From positions 25,793 to 89,792 of IMG/VR virus record IMGVR_UViG_3300032093_000060: a DNA stretch of 64,000 bases; one strand, written 5' to 3'. The notes below the pieces were generated by a model. It was not told the DNA's origin. It was given only the letters and a program-made list of their open reading frames with translations, and ran no database searches. The translations under genes were made by a program, and so were the position numbers. The stretch comes from a virus. This document shows positions 31,074-39,718 of the stretch, one piece after another (positions within the stretch are counted from its first letter, which is position 1; the number at the start of each line of letters is the position of its first letter).

Positions 31074-31613
31074 TTAACAATTTTTACATTCAAATTTATT
31101 TAAAAGTTTTACTGCATAGTTAAATAAAGTCATACCTTCTTGACTTAAATGGCATGTTTCTATTTTAGCTTTTGCGGCATCCAAATACATTCTAATTAAT
31201 CTTAGCTCTCTCAGCTTCTCTTTAATCTTTGCAGGAGGATCACAATTTGCAGCATCTATATTACAAAGAATTTTCTCATATTTATTTAATGCACATGTAA
31301 TTCTTAAGTGATTATATTCTACATACACTTTACACTCTGGATCTACTGCATATTTTACTATATATAAACCATCAGGTAAGTTTACGTAAGAAGTACCACA
31401 ACTTTCTGTTTGTAATTCTAAATCACATGCTGTAAGAGTTGGAGTTGAATTTGGAACAAAATGTAATTCAACAGCACTGAATCCAGGAACCGTTACAAAT
31501 AATCTAGGTCTGAATATTCCTACTAATGGTGAATATACACTTGTGTCAAATATCTTAAACACACATGAATTTGAAACAGTAGGTATTTCTAAACTTAATA
31601 CATGATTTGCCAT
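31074..31613 (-). CDS. Structural protein, possible tail hub
   Basis: IFDTSVY...LPDGLYIVKYAV motif and helical C-terminus; in the tail block. Confidence 0.5.
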   Translation of the reverse strand: MANHVLSLEIPTVSNSCVFKIFDTSVYSPLVGIFRPRLFVTVPGFSAVELHFVPNSTPTLTACDLELQTESCGTSYVNLPDGLYIVKYAVDPECKVYVEYNHLRITCALNKYEKILCNIDAANCDPPAKIKEKLRELRLIRMYLDAAKAKIETCHLSQEGMTLFNYAVKLLNKFECKNC

Positions 31614-31624
31614 ATTCTTTATAA

Positions 31625-31663
31625 TAAAAAAGGAGAGGAGAGATTATACTCTCACTCTCCTTT
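31625..31663 (-). terminator. Rho-independent terminator
   Basis: AAAGGAGAG.GAG...CTC.CTCTCCTTT hairpin followed on the minus strand by a U tract. Confidence 0.75.
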
Positions 31664-31684
31664 ATGAGTTTATATCTACTAAAA

Positions 31685-33097
31685 TTAGATTACCGGACTA
31701 GTTACAGCAGGTAGTGGCACATTAGGTGTAGATGCTGCACAAGCTACTCCAAGAGGAATGCTGTCAACAATACAACTAGATTCACAACTTGTTAACCAAG
31801 CAACTAACTGATTGTAGATGGTAGTACCAATTGCACCCAAAGTTCCATTAAGAGCTGGGTTAGCTGGAGTAATGATCTCAATTAAATACTGATCATTATC
31901 AAACGTTCCAGTTGGATTGTAAAGTCTAGGAACATTATGCTGAATGAAAATTCTATCATAGTAAGCATTTCTAGACAAACCAGCAGCTTGATACAAGTCA
32001 TATCCTTGAGTAATTTCTCGGATACGTAGATCAGTTGCAAGATGGTTTTGTCTGTATGCTTCAGAAAGAACTACATCTCTTACTACAGTTTCTCCAATAC
32101 CATTTGATTGGCGACCATAACATTGTACACCAACACAAAGTGATTGGAATTCACAAGGTGAACCTGTGTAATCTACTTCAGAAGCATAGATTCTTACTGG
32201 CTCTAATTCATAGAAATCAGAAACTTGGAACGTACAGTTACCAAATTTAGTTTCTACATAAGCTCCATTAAGAACTAAACCAGCACACTCACCAGCTTGA
32301 TATCCAAGATCTGGATCTGCAGGAGTACCGAAAGTACTATAGTGTAAATAACTTACACCAGGAATTACAGGTAAAGAAGTTAATACAACTTCTTCTGGAT
32401 AGTAATATTTCCAGTTTAAACCATTATCGTTAGTAAATGTAACAATAGGATACGCAAATTGATTTAATAATACATTTTGTCTTAATTGTTGAGCCCATGC
32501 AATAAATACTCTACGTGGATCTACTGGAGTTGGAGTAGCAAGTGGAGTTACAGGACAACATCCAGTGTAAGCTTCAAGAGTCTCATATCCATTGTGGTTC
32601 AAAGTTCTAAGAACTGGAGAACCTTTAACATCAATGCGTAAGTAATAAGTCTCACCACATAAGAATTGCTTACAACAAGTACCAGCAGTTTCTCCTGGTT
32701 CAGAAGAAGAAGGTGGGTTAAGTAAGTTCCATGGAGTTACACCAACGTTCAAAATATAGTTTTGTGGAGCATTTGCAGGAACTGCATACATTCTACTAGC
32801 ATATCTAGATTTGATAGTCTTACTTTTGTTAGACTCTAAGTATCCTCCAGCGAAAGGACCAATTTTGTCATTTGCCATTAAAGATCCAGTTGCAATAATT
32901 ACTTCACAACAAGAAGGATCTAATGGAGATGGACTGTTAAGAACAGGTCTTACTGTAAATGTATTAGGGTCAATCCAAGTAAGTTGCCCTGCAGTAAGCA
33001 TGTTTGCTGTAGATGTACCTAACTGTACACCACTAAGCGGAGAAATACCCTGGGTTGCCACCATGGTCTTTCTATAAGCGTGATTAAAATAAGCCAT
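31685..33097 (-). CDS. Structural protein, possible auxiliary capsid protein (470 aa)
   Basis: Own promoter and terminator; codon usage resembles that of the capsid gene; CGETYYLRIDVKG motif; crAss-like position. Confidence 0.5.
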   Translation of the reverse strand: MAYFNHAYRKTMVATQGISPLSGVQLGTSTANMLTAGQLTWIDPNTFTVRPVLNSPSPLDPSCCEVIIATGSLMANDKIGPFAGGYLESNKSKTIKSRYASRMYAVPANAPQNYILNVGVTPWNLLNPPSSSEPGETAGTCCKQFLCGETYYLRIDVKGSPVLRTLNHNGYETLEAYTGCCPVTPLATPTPVDPRRVFIAWAQQLRQNVLLNQFAYPIVTFTNDNGLNWKYYYPEEVVLTSLPVIPGVSYLHYSTFGTPADPDLGYQAGECAGLVLNGAYVETKFGNCTFQVSDFYELEPVRIYASEVDYTGSPCEFQSLCVGVQCYGRQSNGIGETVVRDVVLSEAYRQNHLATDLRIREITQGYDLYQAAGLSRNAYYDRIFIQHNVPRLYNPTGTFDNDQYLIEIITPANPALNGTLGAIGTTIYNQLVAWLTSCESSCIVDSIPLGVACAASTPNVPLPAVTSPVI

Positions 33098-33158
33098 TTG
33101 TTTTTGTTTTAGTTAATAAATATACTATAATATAGTAAAAAGTTTTTTAATCTCCAAA

Positions 33159-33677
33159 TTATTTTAAGAAAAGTAATTTATACTTAGCTGAGTTAAGCGC
33201 ATCCTTTACCAAGTCTAAGTTATTTACTATTTCTGAGTAAGGCAACATGCCTTGTAACTTGTTAATCATTCCATAAATATCTCTGATGTAACCAACTGCA
33301 TCAGCTGTTGTATCTAGAGTTCTTGGTGGTACCTCTTTATATGAAAGTAATTTCTCAGCAGCTCCCTGATATCCTTCTATAAGAGTATCTGCAAAATCTG
33401 GTATTGCATCATAAAGATTATTCAAAGCTTTATGTGCAGCATATGATCCTTCACCTTTTACCTTTAAGTGCAGTTTATGAAAGCTTGTTCTTGCATTCAT
33501 TAATTCACTAGCACATGCAGCAACCATTGTATCTAATGAACTACCACCTACACCAGTATCTGGAGTTGGTTGTGGTTTTGCAGGTTCACTTTTTGGTTGA
33601 GTTACTGTTACCTGTGGTCTACTAATTGTTTTAGTAGGTTCAGGATTTCTTTTTAAAAGTCTTGATTTTGCTTCCAT
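33159..33677 (-). CDS. Ferritin/Dps-like protein (DUF5856-like)
   Basis: HLKV..EGSYAAHKALNNLYD...DTLIEGYQG four-helix signature; ends KYKLLFLK. Confidence 0.75.
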   Translation of the reverse strand: MEAKSRLLKRNPEPTKTISRPQVTVTQPKSEPAKPQPTPDTGVGGSSLDTMVAACASELMNARTSFHKLHLKVKGEGSYAAHKALNNLYDAIPDFADTLIEGYQGAAEKLLSYKEVPPRTLDTTADAVGYIRDIYGMINKLQGMLPYSEIVNNLDLVKDALNSAKYKLLFLK

Positions 33678-33679
33678 TA

Positions 33680-34378
33680 TTAGTTATTTCTTTCTGCACC
33701 TTCTGTACCTCTAGAGAATTGATTACCTGATTCAATATCTCCGGCAAGTATACTAGCTGCCTCATCTATTATTAATTCAATTATATCATCTTTAAATTCT
33801 GACTCAACATTGGTTGTAGAAGCTATGTTAGTATAAGGATCTACACAACCGTCAATTTGAATTTTAATTGGTTGTCTATAATATATAAGATCAACCTCTT
33901 CAATATCAAATTCATTATTTGTATAGACATTTACATTACCACTCTTTAATGTTGCAAAAGTTTCACTCCATTCAAAATTTGGTTGTTTTGATTTGTCTCT
34001 TAAAAGTTCTCTTAAGTTACCTTCTTCTGCAAGGTATACCATCATTGATCTTTTATCACAACAGTCTTTTCTAGCTAGTACATCAACTCTTTTCCATTGA
34101 AGATAGTCTTCAGGTAAAGCACCAGTATAATAGTATTCTTTATCTGCAATAGTGACGTCATAAGTTTGAAGAAGAACTTGTAAATCATCTTTTCTTCTTG
34201 TTGAACCTTCATCACCTTCTTTAGTAAGATTAATACCATGAAGTTGTCTCCGGGCCCATTCAACCTGAGCCTTATTAAAGGCCTCAACAATTTGCCAGCA
34301 AGTTATGTTATCATAGTCCTGACTGTCTAGCTTATTGAGCCTTTGTTTAATCTTTATGGTAAGAGTACTATTAAGCAT
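33680..34378 (-). CDS. Head-tail ring protein (crAss-like conserved)
   Basis: LNKLDS...EAFNKAQ...EGST.RKDDLQ.L...LPEDYL...YYRQP motifs. Confidence 0.6.
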   Translation of the reverse strand: MLNSTLTIKIKQRLNKLDSQDYDNITCWQIVEAFNKAQVEWARRQLHGINLTKEGDEGSTRRKDDLQVLLQTYDVTIADKEYYYTGALPEDYLQWKRVDVLARKDCCDKRSMMVYLAEEGNLRELLRDKSKQPNFEWSETFATLKSGNVNVYTNNEFDIEEVDLIYYRQPIKIQIDGCVDPYTNIASTTNVESEFKDDIIELIIDEAASILAGDIESGNQFSRGTEGAERNN

Positions 34379-34381
34379 GTC

Positions 34382-34948
34382 TTATTTTTTTCTTTTTACA
34401 GGACCACCTTTTTTACTCTTGGTCTTTTGAACATTCATATATTCTTCATATGCTCCTTGTATGGGTGGATAAACAATTGGTGCATTAGCTCTACTCTTTA
34501 GTAGTTTTTTTACGTCCATGTTACGTTCTTCACTAGGTGCATACATTCTTGGACCTCTACCATTAGACATTGGGTCATTATTTAATGCTGCAGCATTAGC
34601 AAAAATAGATTGTGCTTCAGTCATAGGTCCCATTTGTATACCATTGTCAGCTCTTTTTAATGACTTTTTAAACATATCCATTTCCCCACCAGCTTGCTTA
34701 ATAGCTTTTTCTTTATTATCATTAAAGAATTTAAGTGGATTTACTTTTGTATCTCTAGACATTCTAGAAACTACATCTCCCTTTTTATTAGTTCTAGTTT
34801 TCTCAATGTGTTTTCCACCACTTGGCATTTTAAAAACCTCCTTGGACATTTTACTGCCAAATAAACCGGCTCTTTCAATAAGTTTTCCTTGAACTTCTTT
34901 ACCATCAAATTCTCTAGATATTGATGAAACTTTTCTACCCTTTCCCAT
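34382..34948 (-). CDS. Lysine-rich small protein
   Basis: ORF ending KKGGPVKRKK; tightly packed operon. Confidence 0.65.
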   Translation of the reverse strand: MGKGRKVSSISREFDGKEVQGKLIERAGLFGSKMSKEVFKMPSGGKHIEKTRTNKKGDVVSRMSRDTKVNPLKFFNDNKEKAIKQAGGEMDMFKKSLKRADNGIQMGPMTEAQSIFANAAALNNDPMSNGRGPRMYAPSEERNMDVKKLLKSRANAPIVYPPIQGAYEEYMNVQKTKSKKGGPVKRKK

Positions 34949-34953
34949 AATTA

Positions 34954-35334
34954 TTATTTTTTACGCATTTTACTTAATGTAATAGCAAGTCTTGCTCTTT
35001 GCCCAAGCTTACCACCCTTCTTTGCCGCAGCTTGTAGTTTGGCTTTAGGAATTTTCTCACCTTTTTTAACACCAAGAGATTCTCTTAATGCCCCAGGTTT
35101 TTTAATAGCTCCTTTTATCCAACCACCTTTTTTAGCACTAAAAAGTTTAGGCTCTGGTTTTTCAGGTTCCATATTTATCGTAGGTTTATTAGCACCTCTT
35201 AAAACTCCTTTAAGTGTTCTTGTTTCTTTAACACTTTCAGGTTCACCATATCTTTTTTTAACTACTGTTTTGTAGTTACCATCTGGAGAGTAAAACTTTT
35301 GTTTTGCTTCTCTTGGATTTTTTTTATTAGGCAT
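34954..35334 (-). CDS. Lysine-rich conserved phage protein
   Basis: WIKGAIKKPGALRESLGVKKGEKIP...GQRARLAITL motif recurrent in aquatic phages. Confidence 0.7.
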   Translation of the reverse strand: MPNKKNPREAKQKFYSPDGNYKTVVKKRYGEPESVKETRTLKGVLRGANKPTINMEPEKPEPKLFSAKKGGWIKGAIKKPGALRESLGVKKGEKIPKAKLQAAAKKGGKLGQRARLAITLSKMRKK

Positions 35335-35379
35335 GACTTTACTTTTTTACTTTACCTTTATTTCTACAACTACACATAA

Positions 35380-35562
35380 CTATTTCTTTTTACCTGCTCT
35401 TTTTTTAGCTCCAGCTATTCTATCAGCAGCAGTTGGTTTAGGATTATTATCAATACCAGCTATTACTGAAAGTAAACCAAATTTACTTTTAGCACCACCT
35501 TCTTTGTATTTACCTTGGATCATTGCTTTAGGCATTGCCTTTTTAGTCATCATCTTTTTCAT
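35380..35562 (-). CDS. Lysine-rich small protein with D-N-x-x-x-T-x-A-D motif
   Basis: Likely start MKKMMTKK at 35562, which avoids overlap with the upstream gene; GIDNNPKPTAADRI. Confidence 0.6.
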   Translation of the reverse strand: MKKMMTKKAMPKAMIQGKYKEGGAKSKFGLLSVIAGIDNNPKPTAADRIAGAKKRAGKKK

Positions 35563-35576
35563 ATCTATTGATTTAA

Positions 35577-35825
35577 TTATCCTCCATATAATGGTCTTGT
35601 ACCGCAACCCCCACTAGCTAATCTAACTAGCCCTGGAGCACAACTGTGTTTAACTTTATCAACCATACCACCAGCTTTCATAACCATTGGATTAGTTGTA
35701 GCATTATATCCAGGCATAGTTTTAGTCATATAAGCTTGACCACCCGCAGCCATTTTTATTTTTTTTACAGGACCACCAGCTTTCATTTTGCCGCATCCCA
35801 TTTTACAAGTCTTCATAGTTTTCAT
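35577..35825 (-). CDS. Basic small protein with repeated MKAGG motifs
   Basis: MKAGG, MAAGG, MKAGG; ends LYGG. Confidence 0.65.
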   Translation of the reverse strand: MKTMKTCKMGCGKMKAGGPVKKIKMAAGGQAYMTKTMPGYNATTNPMVMKAGGMVDKVKHSCAPGLVRLASGGCGTRPLYGG

Positions 35826-35841
35826 AATAATATATAATAAT

Positions 35842-36123
35842 TTAACAATTCCATTTTCTCAAGGACTTGTTAATCCTTGAATCAGGATCATTAGCTGTCT
35901 TTGAGCTTGTTAGTTTTTTCTTCATACCAGACATTCTTGCACAGAAAGACTTTCTTCTATTAGCATCTTTACTTCCAGCTTTTAGTTTAGATGGTTTAGT
36001 AGTCACAGCTGTCTTAAGTTTACTACCAGGATTAGCTGCTCTATAACTAGCTACTCCTTTAGCATTAAGACCTCCTTCTGGATTCTTACCCTCTTTTCTT
36101 TGCCATGCTGGTGACTTTGCCAT
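35842..36123 (-). CDS. DUF6321-like basic protein
   Basis: KSPAWQRKEGKNPEGGLNAKG...RRKSFCARM...SRINKSLRKWNC. Confidence 0.75.
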   Translation of the reverse strand: MAKSPAWQRKEGKNPEGGLNAKGVASYRAANPGSKLKTAVTTKPSKLKAGSKDANRRKSFCARMSGMKKKLTSSKTANDPDSRINKSLRKWNC

Positions 36124-36542
36124 TATTTTTTCTTTGTCTTTAATGTACCACCTTTTTTATAAGTACCAAAAGACGGTCCGGAAAGAGGTTGAAAATTTTT
36201 CTTTTCTCTTCTTGCACTCTTTCTTAATAATCTTTTTTCCTCTCTTATATCTGCTTTTGCATTAGCTTTTTCAGTTGTTTTTTCACTATTTGCAATTTTA
36301 GCTGCTACACCAATTGCAGTTCCACCAGCAATTGCCCCTAGAATATTTTTCAATGGGGATGTTGGTTTAGCATAATTAGTTGTATTACATGGATAACAAT
36401 TAGGTATTGTACCACATTGACCTGCAGGACAATCTGTTTTAACTGATGTTCCTGTCTTAGCTTTTTTTAAAGCTTTAGGTTTTTTACCAGCTTTCTTCAT
36501 TGAGATAGCTATTGCTGCTTGTTGTGCTTTACTTCCTGCCAT
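36123..36542 (-). CDS. Lysine-rich protein
   Basis: QQAAIAISMKKAGKKPK N-terminus; ends YKKGGTLKTKKK. Confidence 0.65.
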   Translation of the reverse strand: MAGSKAQQAAIAISMKKAGKKPKALKKAKTGTSVKTDCPAGQCGTIPNCYPCNTTNYAKPTSPLKNILGAIAGGTAIGVAAKIANSEKTTEKANAKADIREEKRLLRKSARREKKNFQPLSGPSFGTYKKGGTLKTKKK

Positions 36543-36768
36543 TTTTTTTCTTTTTAGGATAAGGATTTTCCTTGTGCCATTTTTTAGTTGCTGCTATACC
36601 TTGTTTAATAGTTTTTGCTCCTGCTTTCTGTGTTAAGTTAATTGTGTCCCATTTACCTTTATCTTTTGTGGGATGATTAACCATTATATCACCAGGTTTA
36701 CCTTTTCCTATTTTATTAGTTTTTTTGTAAATCCTATGTTTTTCACCATCAGCAGTAACTCTTGCCAT
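36529..36768 (-). CDS. Basic small protein
   Basis: Overlapping ORF in the operon. Confidence 0.65.
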   Translation of the reverse strand: MARVTADGEKHRIYKKTNKIGKGKPGDIMVNHPTKDKGKWDTINLTQKAGAKTIKQGIAATKKWHKENPYPKKKKNGRK

Positions 36769-36770
36769 GA

Positions 36771-37010
36771 TTAAATCTTTTTGCCAGCAGCAATGCTATT
36801 AAACTCTTTAGCTTTTTCTGCTGCCATCTTTTTTACATCTGCCATTAACTTTGCATTCTTCTGAATCTCAGAAGCTCTCTGTAATGTAGACATAGCAGAT
36901 TCAATTTCCCATTTTCTCATGTCTGCTTTGCTACCACCTAAAATAGAAATACCAAGTGAAGAGGATTTCTTAGCTGGTGTTGATTTTGTTGTTGTTTTCT
37001 TAATTGCCAT
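36771..37010 (-). CDS. Basic small protein
   Basis: KWEIESAMSTLQRASEI helical motif; operon packing. Confidence 0.65.
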   Translation of the reverse strand: MAIKKTTTKSTPAKKSSSLGISILGGSKADMRKWEIESAMSTLQRASEIQKNAKLMADVKKMAAEKAKEFNSIAAGKKI

Positions 37011-37012
37011 AA

Positions 37013-37351
37013 CTATACTTTTTTAACTCTATTTCCCATTCCTACTCTTGACTTCTCAGCTTTCTTAGCAGCTAGTTTAGAAGGAGTTAGTTCATACTTT
37101 GTTTTTGGAGTCTTACTAGAGACTCTTTTTGTAGGCCGGCAGTATTCATTTTTACCACCGGCACCACAAGCTTTTCCTGATTTAGTATCTTGCCATTTCT
37201 CTGCTTGCCATCTTTTTAACTCTGCACCCTTTTCAGTCTTTCTTACTTGCCCTTTACCTTTGCGGCATTTGGCAATAGCTTGAGAAGCTCTTGCTGAAGG
37301 GAACACGGCATACCGTGCTTTTACACTATGATAGCATGCATCCTTTGCCAT
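37013..37351 (-). CDS. DUF5872-like basic protein
   Basis: KDACYHSVKARY..FPSARAS...LKRWQAEKW...YCRP.KRVS.KTPKT. Confidence 0.7.
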   Translation of the reverse strand: MAKDACYHSVKARYAVFPSARASQAIAKCRKGKGQVRKTEKGAELKRWQAEKWQDTKSGKACGAGGKNEYCRPTKRVSSKTPKTKYELTPSKLAAKKAEKSRVGMGNRVKKV

Positions 37352-37353
37352 GA

Positions 37354-37689
37354 TTATGGGTTTGCTTTTTTAGGAGCTTTGGATTTACCACCAACTCTAC
37401 CTTTAGCTTTTTTAGATGCAGAAATTTTTGCGTTAGTTCCAGACTTAACACCTTTAGAACCAGGAGTATTGTCTACAATAGCTTTAGCATTAGAGTTTAC
37501 TACTCCACCAGTTTTCATCATAGAAGCTTTCATAACTTTTCCATACATGGCTTTAGGTTTAGCTCCACCTTTCATAAAAGTACTATTAGTTCTACCTTCT
37601 ACAGCAGCTGAAGATTTTTGATAAGATTTATTATCCATTAATGCTTTTTCTGCATTACTCATTTTAGGGTTTTTAGGTCTATTCATCAT
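37354..37689 (-). CDS. Lysine-rich small protein
   Basis: MKGG, MYG, MKTGG motifs; very basic. Confidence 0.65.
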   Translation of the reverse strand: MMNRPKNPKMSNAEKALMDNKSYQKSSAAVEGRTNSTFMKGGAKPKAMYGKVMKASMMKTGGVVNSNAKAIVDNTPGSKGVKSGTNAKISASKKAKGRVGGKSKAPKKANP

Positions 37690-37709
37690 TTTATTTAATT
37701 TTATATAAA

Positions 37710-38600
37710 TTATTTTTTTCTTTTAATAGTAGAATCTTTACGCATTTTTCTAACTGAACCTCCTCTTCTCATTGCTGGAACTGGTTCATCAAACTTTATT
37801 TTTCCTGATAACTCATCTTGAACATTTTGTTCCATTTCTTTTCTAAATAGTTCATTATCAGTTGCAGCTTTATTTGATTTAACAGTATTTCTATTGACAG
37901 AACCAGACTTTAACTTTTTCATCAAAGCAATATTAGAACTTGCTGTACCATCAGTTAATCCTTGCTTTTTAGCTTCAGACCAACTAGTTCCAGTTTTTTC
38001 TTGCCACAACTGTGATAGAGTTGGTTCAGAATTTTTTCTTGGAGTTACAACAACTTCAGGCTTAATTGTTTCTTTTCTAATCTCTGGTCTTTTTAAAGAT
38101 TCAATTTTAGATTTTACTTTTTTAGGTTCTTCTTTTTTAGAATCTCCAATTTTTTTAACTAAAGTTTTAAAATCAGGATTTGCTTCAAGTTTACCAGTCT
38201 TAGTGTTTAAATAAAAAGCATTTCCAGATCTTGTCAGTTTTTCAAGCATCTCCTTAGACATAGGTTTAGCAGCTGGTTTTTTAACTTCAGGCTTTTTAGC
38301 TTCTACTTTTTTAACTACTTTCTTTTCATCTGAAGTTTTAGATGCCATACCATATGGTTTTTTCTTAGAATCAGAAGGTTTGTTAACTACTGGTTTTCCA
38401 TATTGATCTCTAACTTTTGTATCATCCATGGATGGTCCAAACTTTTTAGTTTCAACCTTTTTCTTAGTTTCAACTTTTTTATTAGGTGTAGTAACTTTAG
38501 GTTTTGCACTTAAATTTATTTTTGGAAAACCATAACCATTATAAGGAGCTAGTTGACTTAATATATAAGAATTTGCTTTATTAGATTTTGTTTTTGCCAT
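37710..38600 (-). CDS. Lysine-rich protein with a DUF3597-like short motif
   Basis: KKVETKK repeats; TDGTASSNIALMKKL; ends MRRGGSVRK...KRKK. Confidence 0.6.
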   Translation of the reverse strand: MAKTKSNKANSYILSQLAPYNGYGFPKINLSAKPKVTTPNKKVETKKKVETKKFGPSMDDTKVRDQYGKPVVNKPSDSKKKPYGMASKTSDEKKVVKKVEAKKPEVKKPAAKPMSKEMLEKLTRSGNAFYLNTKTGKLEANPDFKTLVKKIGDSKKEEPKKVKSKIESLKRPEIRKETIKPEVVVTPRKNSEPTLSQLWQEKTGTSWSEAKKQGLTDGTASSNIALMKKLKSGSVNRNTVKSNKAATDNELFRKEMEQNVQDELSGKIKFDEPVPAMRRGGSVRKMRKDSTIKRKK

Positions 38601-38612
38601 TTCATAAAATAT

Positions 38613-39626
38613 TTAAGAATTCCATATTTTCTCAACAGATGAACTAAGTTCATTTAAAATATCCTCATGTAAAGGATTCTTTAAATGCTCTACAACGTCA
38701 GATACATTTCTACCTAGAAGTGATCCTGATTTTGCATGATAGATATATCCATCTGGCTTACTAATAATATACTTAAAAAAACTGGAATCACGAACAATTG
38801 ATTTAATTTTTAATGTTTCCATATCTAAATTAGCTGCATCAATAAATGATTTTGCTGATCTTTCTTTATTACTTTCAGACCCTTCTCCATTAATATGTCT
38901 ATCCATATTTTCATAAATAACATCTAGTGGAGTAGATTTTCTGTATTGTGAACTATTACCATCAACAAGTTTAGCAATATAGAATAACTTAGTACTGTTC
39001 TTATCATAAAGTTTTTGTAATTCAGAAAGAGCTTTATTACGCATTTTTTTGTACTCAGTTCTTATCATTGAAGTTTCCTCTTCTTTATCCAAATAGAATT
39101 TAGGAGGTGTTGGTCTAGATCTTGCATCCTCATAGCTCTTTGCTACAATAGAAAAACCTCCAGCTTCAATAGCCATAAATTTAATTCTATCAAAAGGATT
39201 ATTCATATCTAAGAAAAGTGGTTCATTACCACACTTAATATCTATCTTATTCCAAAACTCTTTATTGTCTGGTTTAAGAAGTTTTACTTGATTCCAAAAA
39301 TCTTTGTCTTCCGGATCAATAAGATTTGCAGCTAATTCTTTTTCTAAATCTGCAATTGTTTCTCTAATTTGTTTTACTCTAGCTTCTCTTTCTTCTTTAG
39401 GTAATAATTTTATCTCAGGTGCAAATTCATTTAAACCTGTAATATATCTAACTACTCCATTGATTTCTAAACAAGCTAATTGTTCTTGATGTCTTACACC
39501 ATCATATAGTGCAAGACCATACTCTTCTAGACCCATGTTAGTATTATTTGAGTCTACAAAAGGTCTGATAGCTAATTTTGTTTTTCTTCCGCTACCAGTT
39601 TCTACCATTGTGAATTGAGTTTCCAT
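38613..39626 (-). CDS. Conserved crAss-like protein downstream of MCP (gene 75-like)
   Basis: YITGLNEFAPE, NKEFWN, LDMNNPFD, G.LLGRN motifs; gene order. Confidence 0.65.
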   Translation of the reverse strand: METQFTMVETGSGRKTKLAIRPFVDSNNTNMGLEEYGLALYDGVRHQEQLACLEINGVVRYITGLNEFAPEIKLLPKEEREARVKQIRETIADLEKELAANLIDPEDKDFWNQVKLLKPDNKEFWNKIDIKCGNEPLFLDMNNPFDRIKFMAIEAGGFSIVAKSYEDARSRPTPPKFYLDKEEETSMIRTEYKKMRNKALSELQKLYDKNSTKLFYIAKLVDGNSSQYRKSTPLDVIYENMDRHINGEGSESNKERSAKSFIDAANLDMETLKIKSIVRDSSFFKYIISKPDGYIYHAKSGSLLGRNVSDVVEHLKNPLHEDILNELSSSVEKIWNS

Positions 39627-39669
39627 TTTTTTGTTGGTTTTTATTTTGTTGGTTATTAAGTTAATTTTT

Positions 39670-39703
39670 AAAAAAGAGGGAGGAGTTTCCCCCTCCCCTT
39701 TTT
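39670..39703 (-). terminator. Rho-independent terminator after MCP
   Basis: GGGGAGGGGG AAAC TCCTCCCTC hairpin plus U tract on the minus strand. Confidence 0.8.
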
Positions 39704-39718
39704 ACTATATATAATAGA

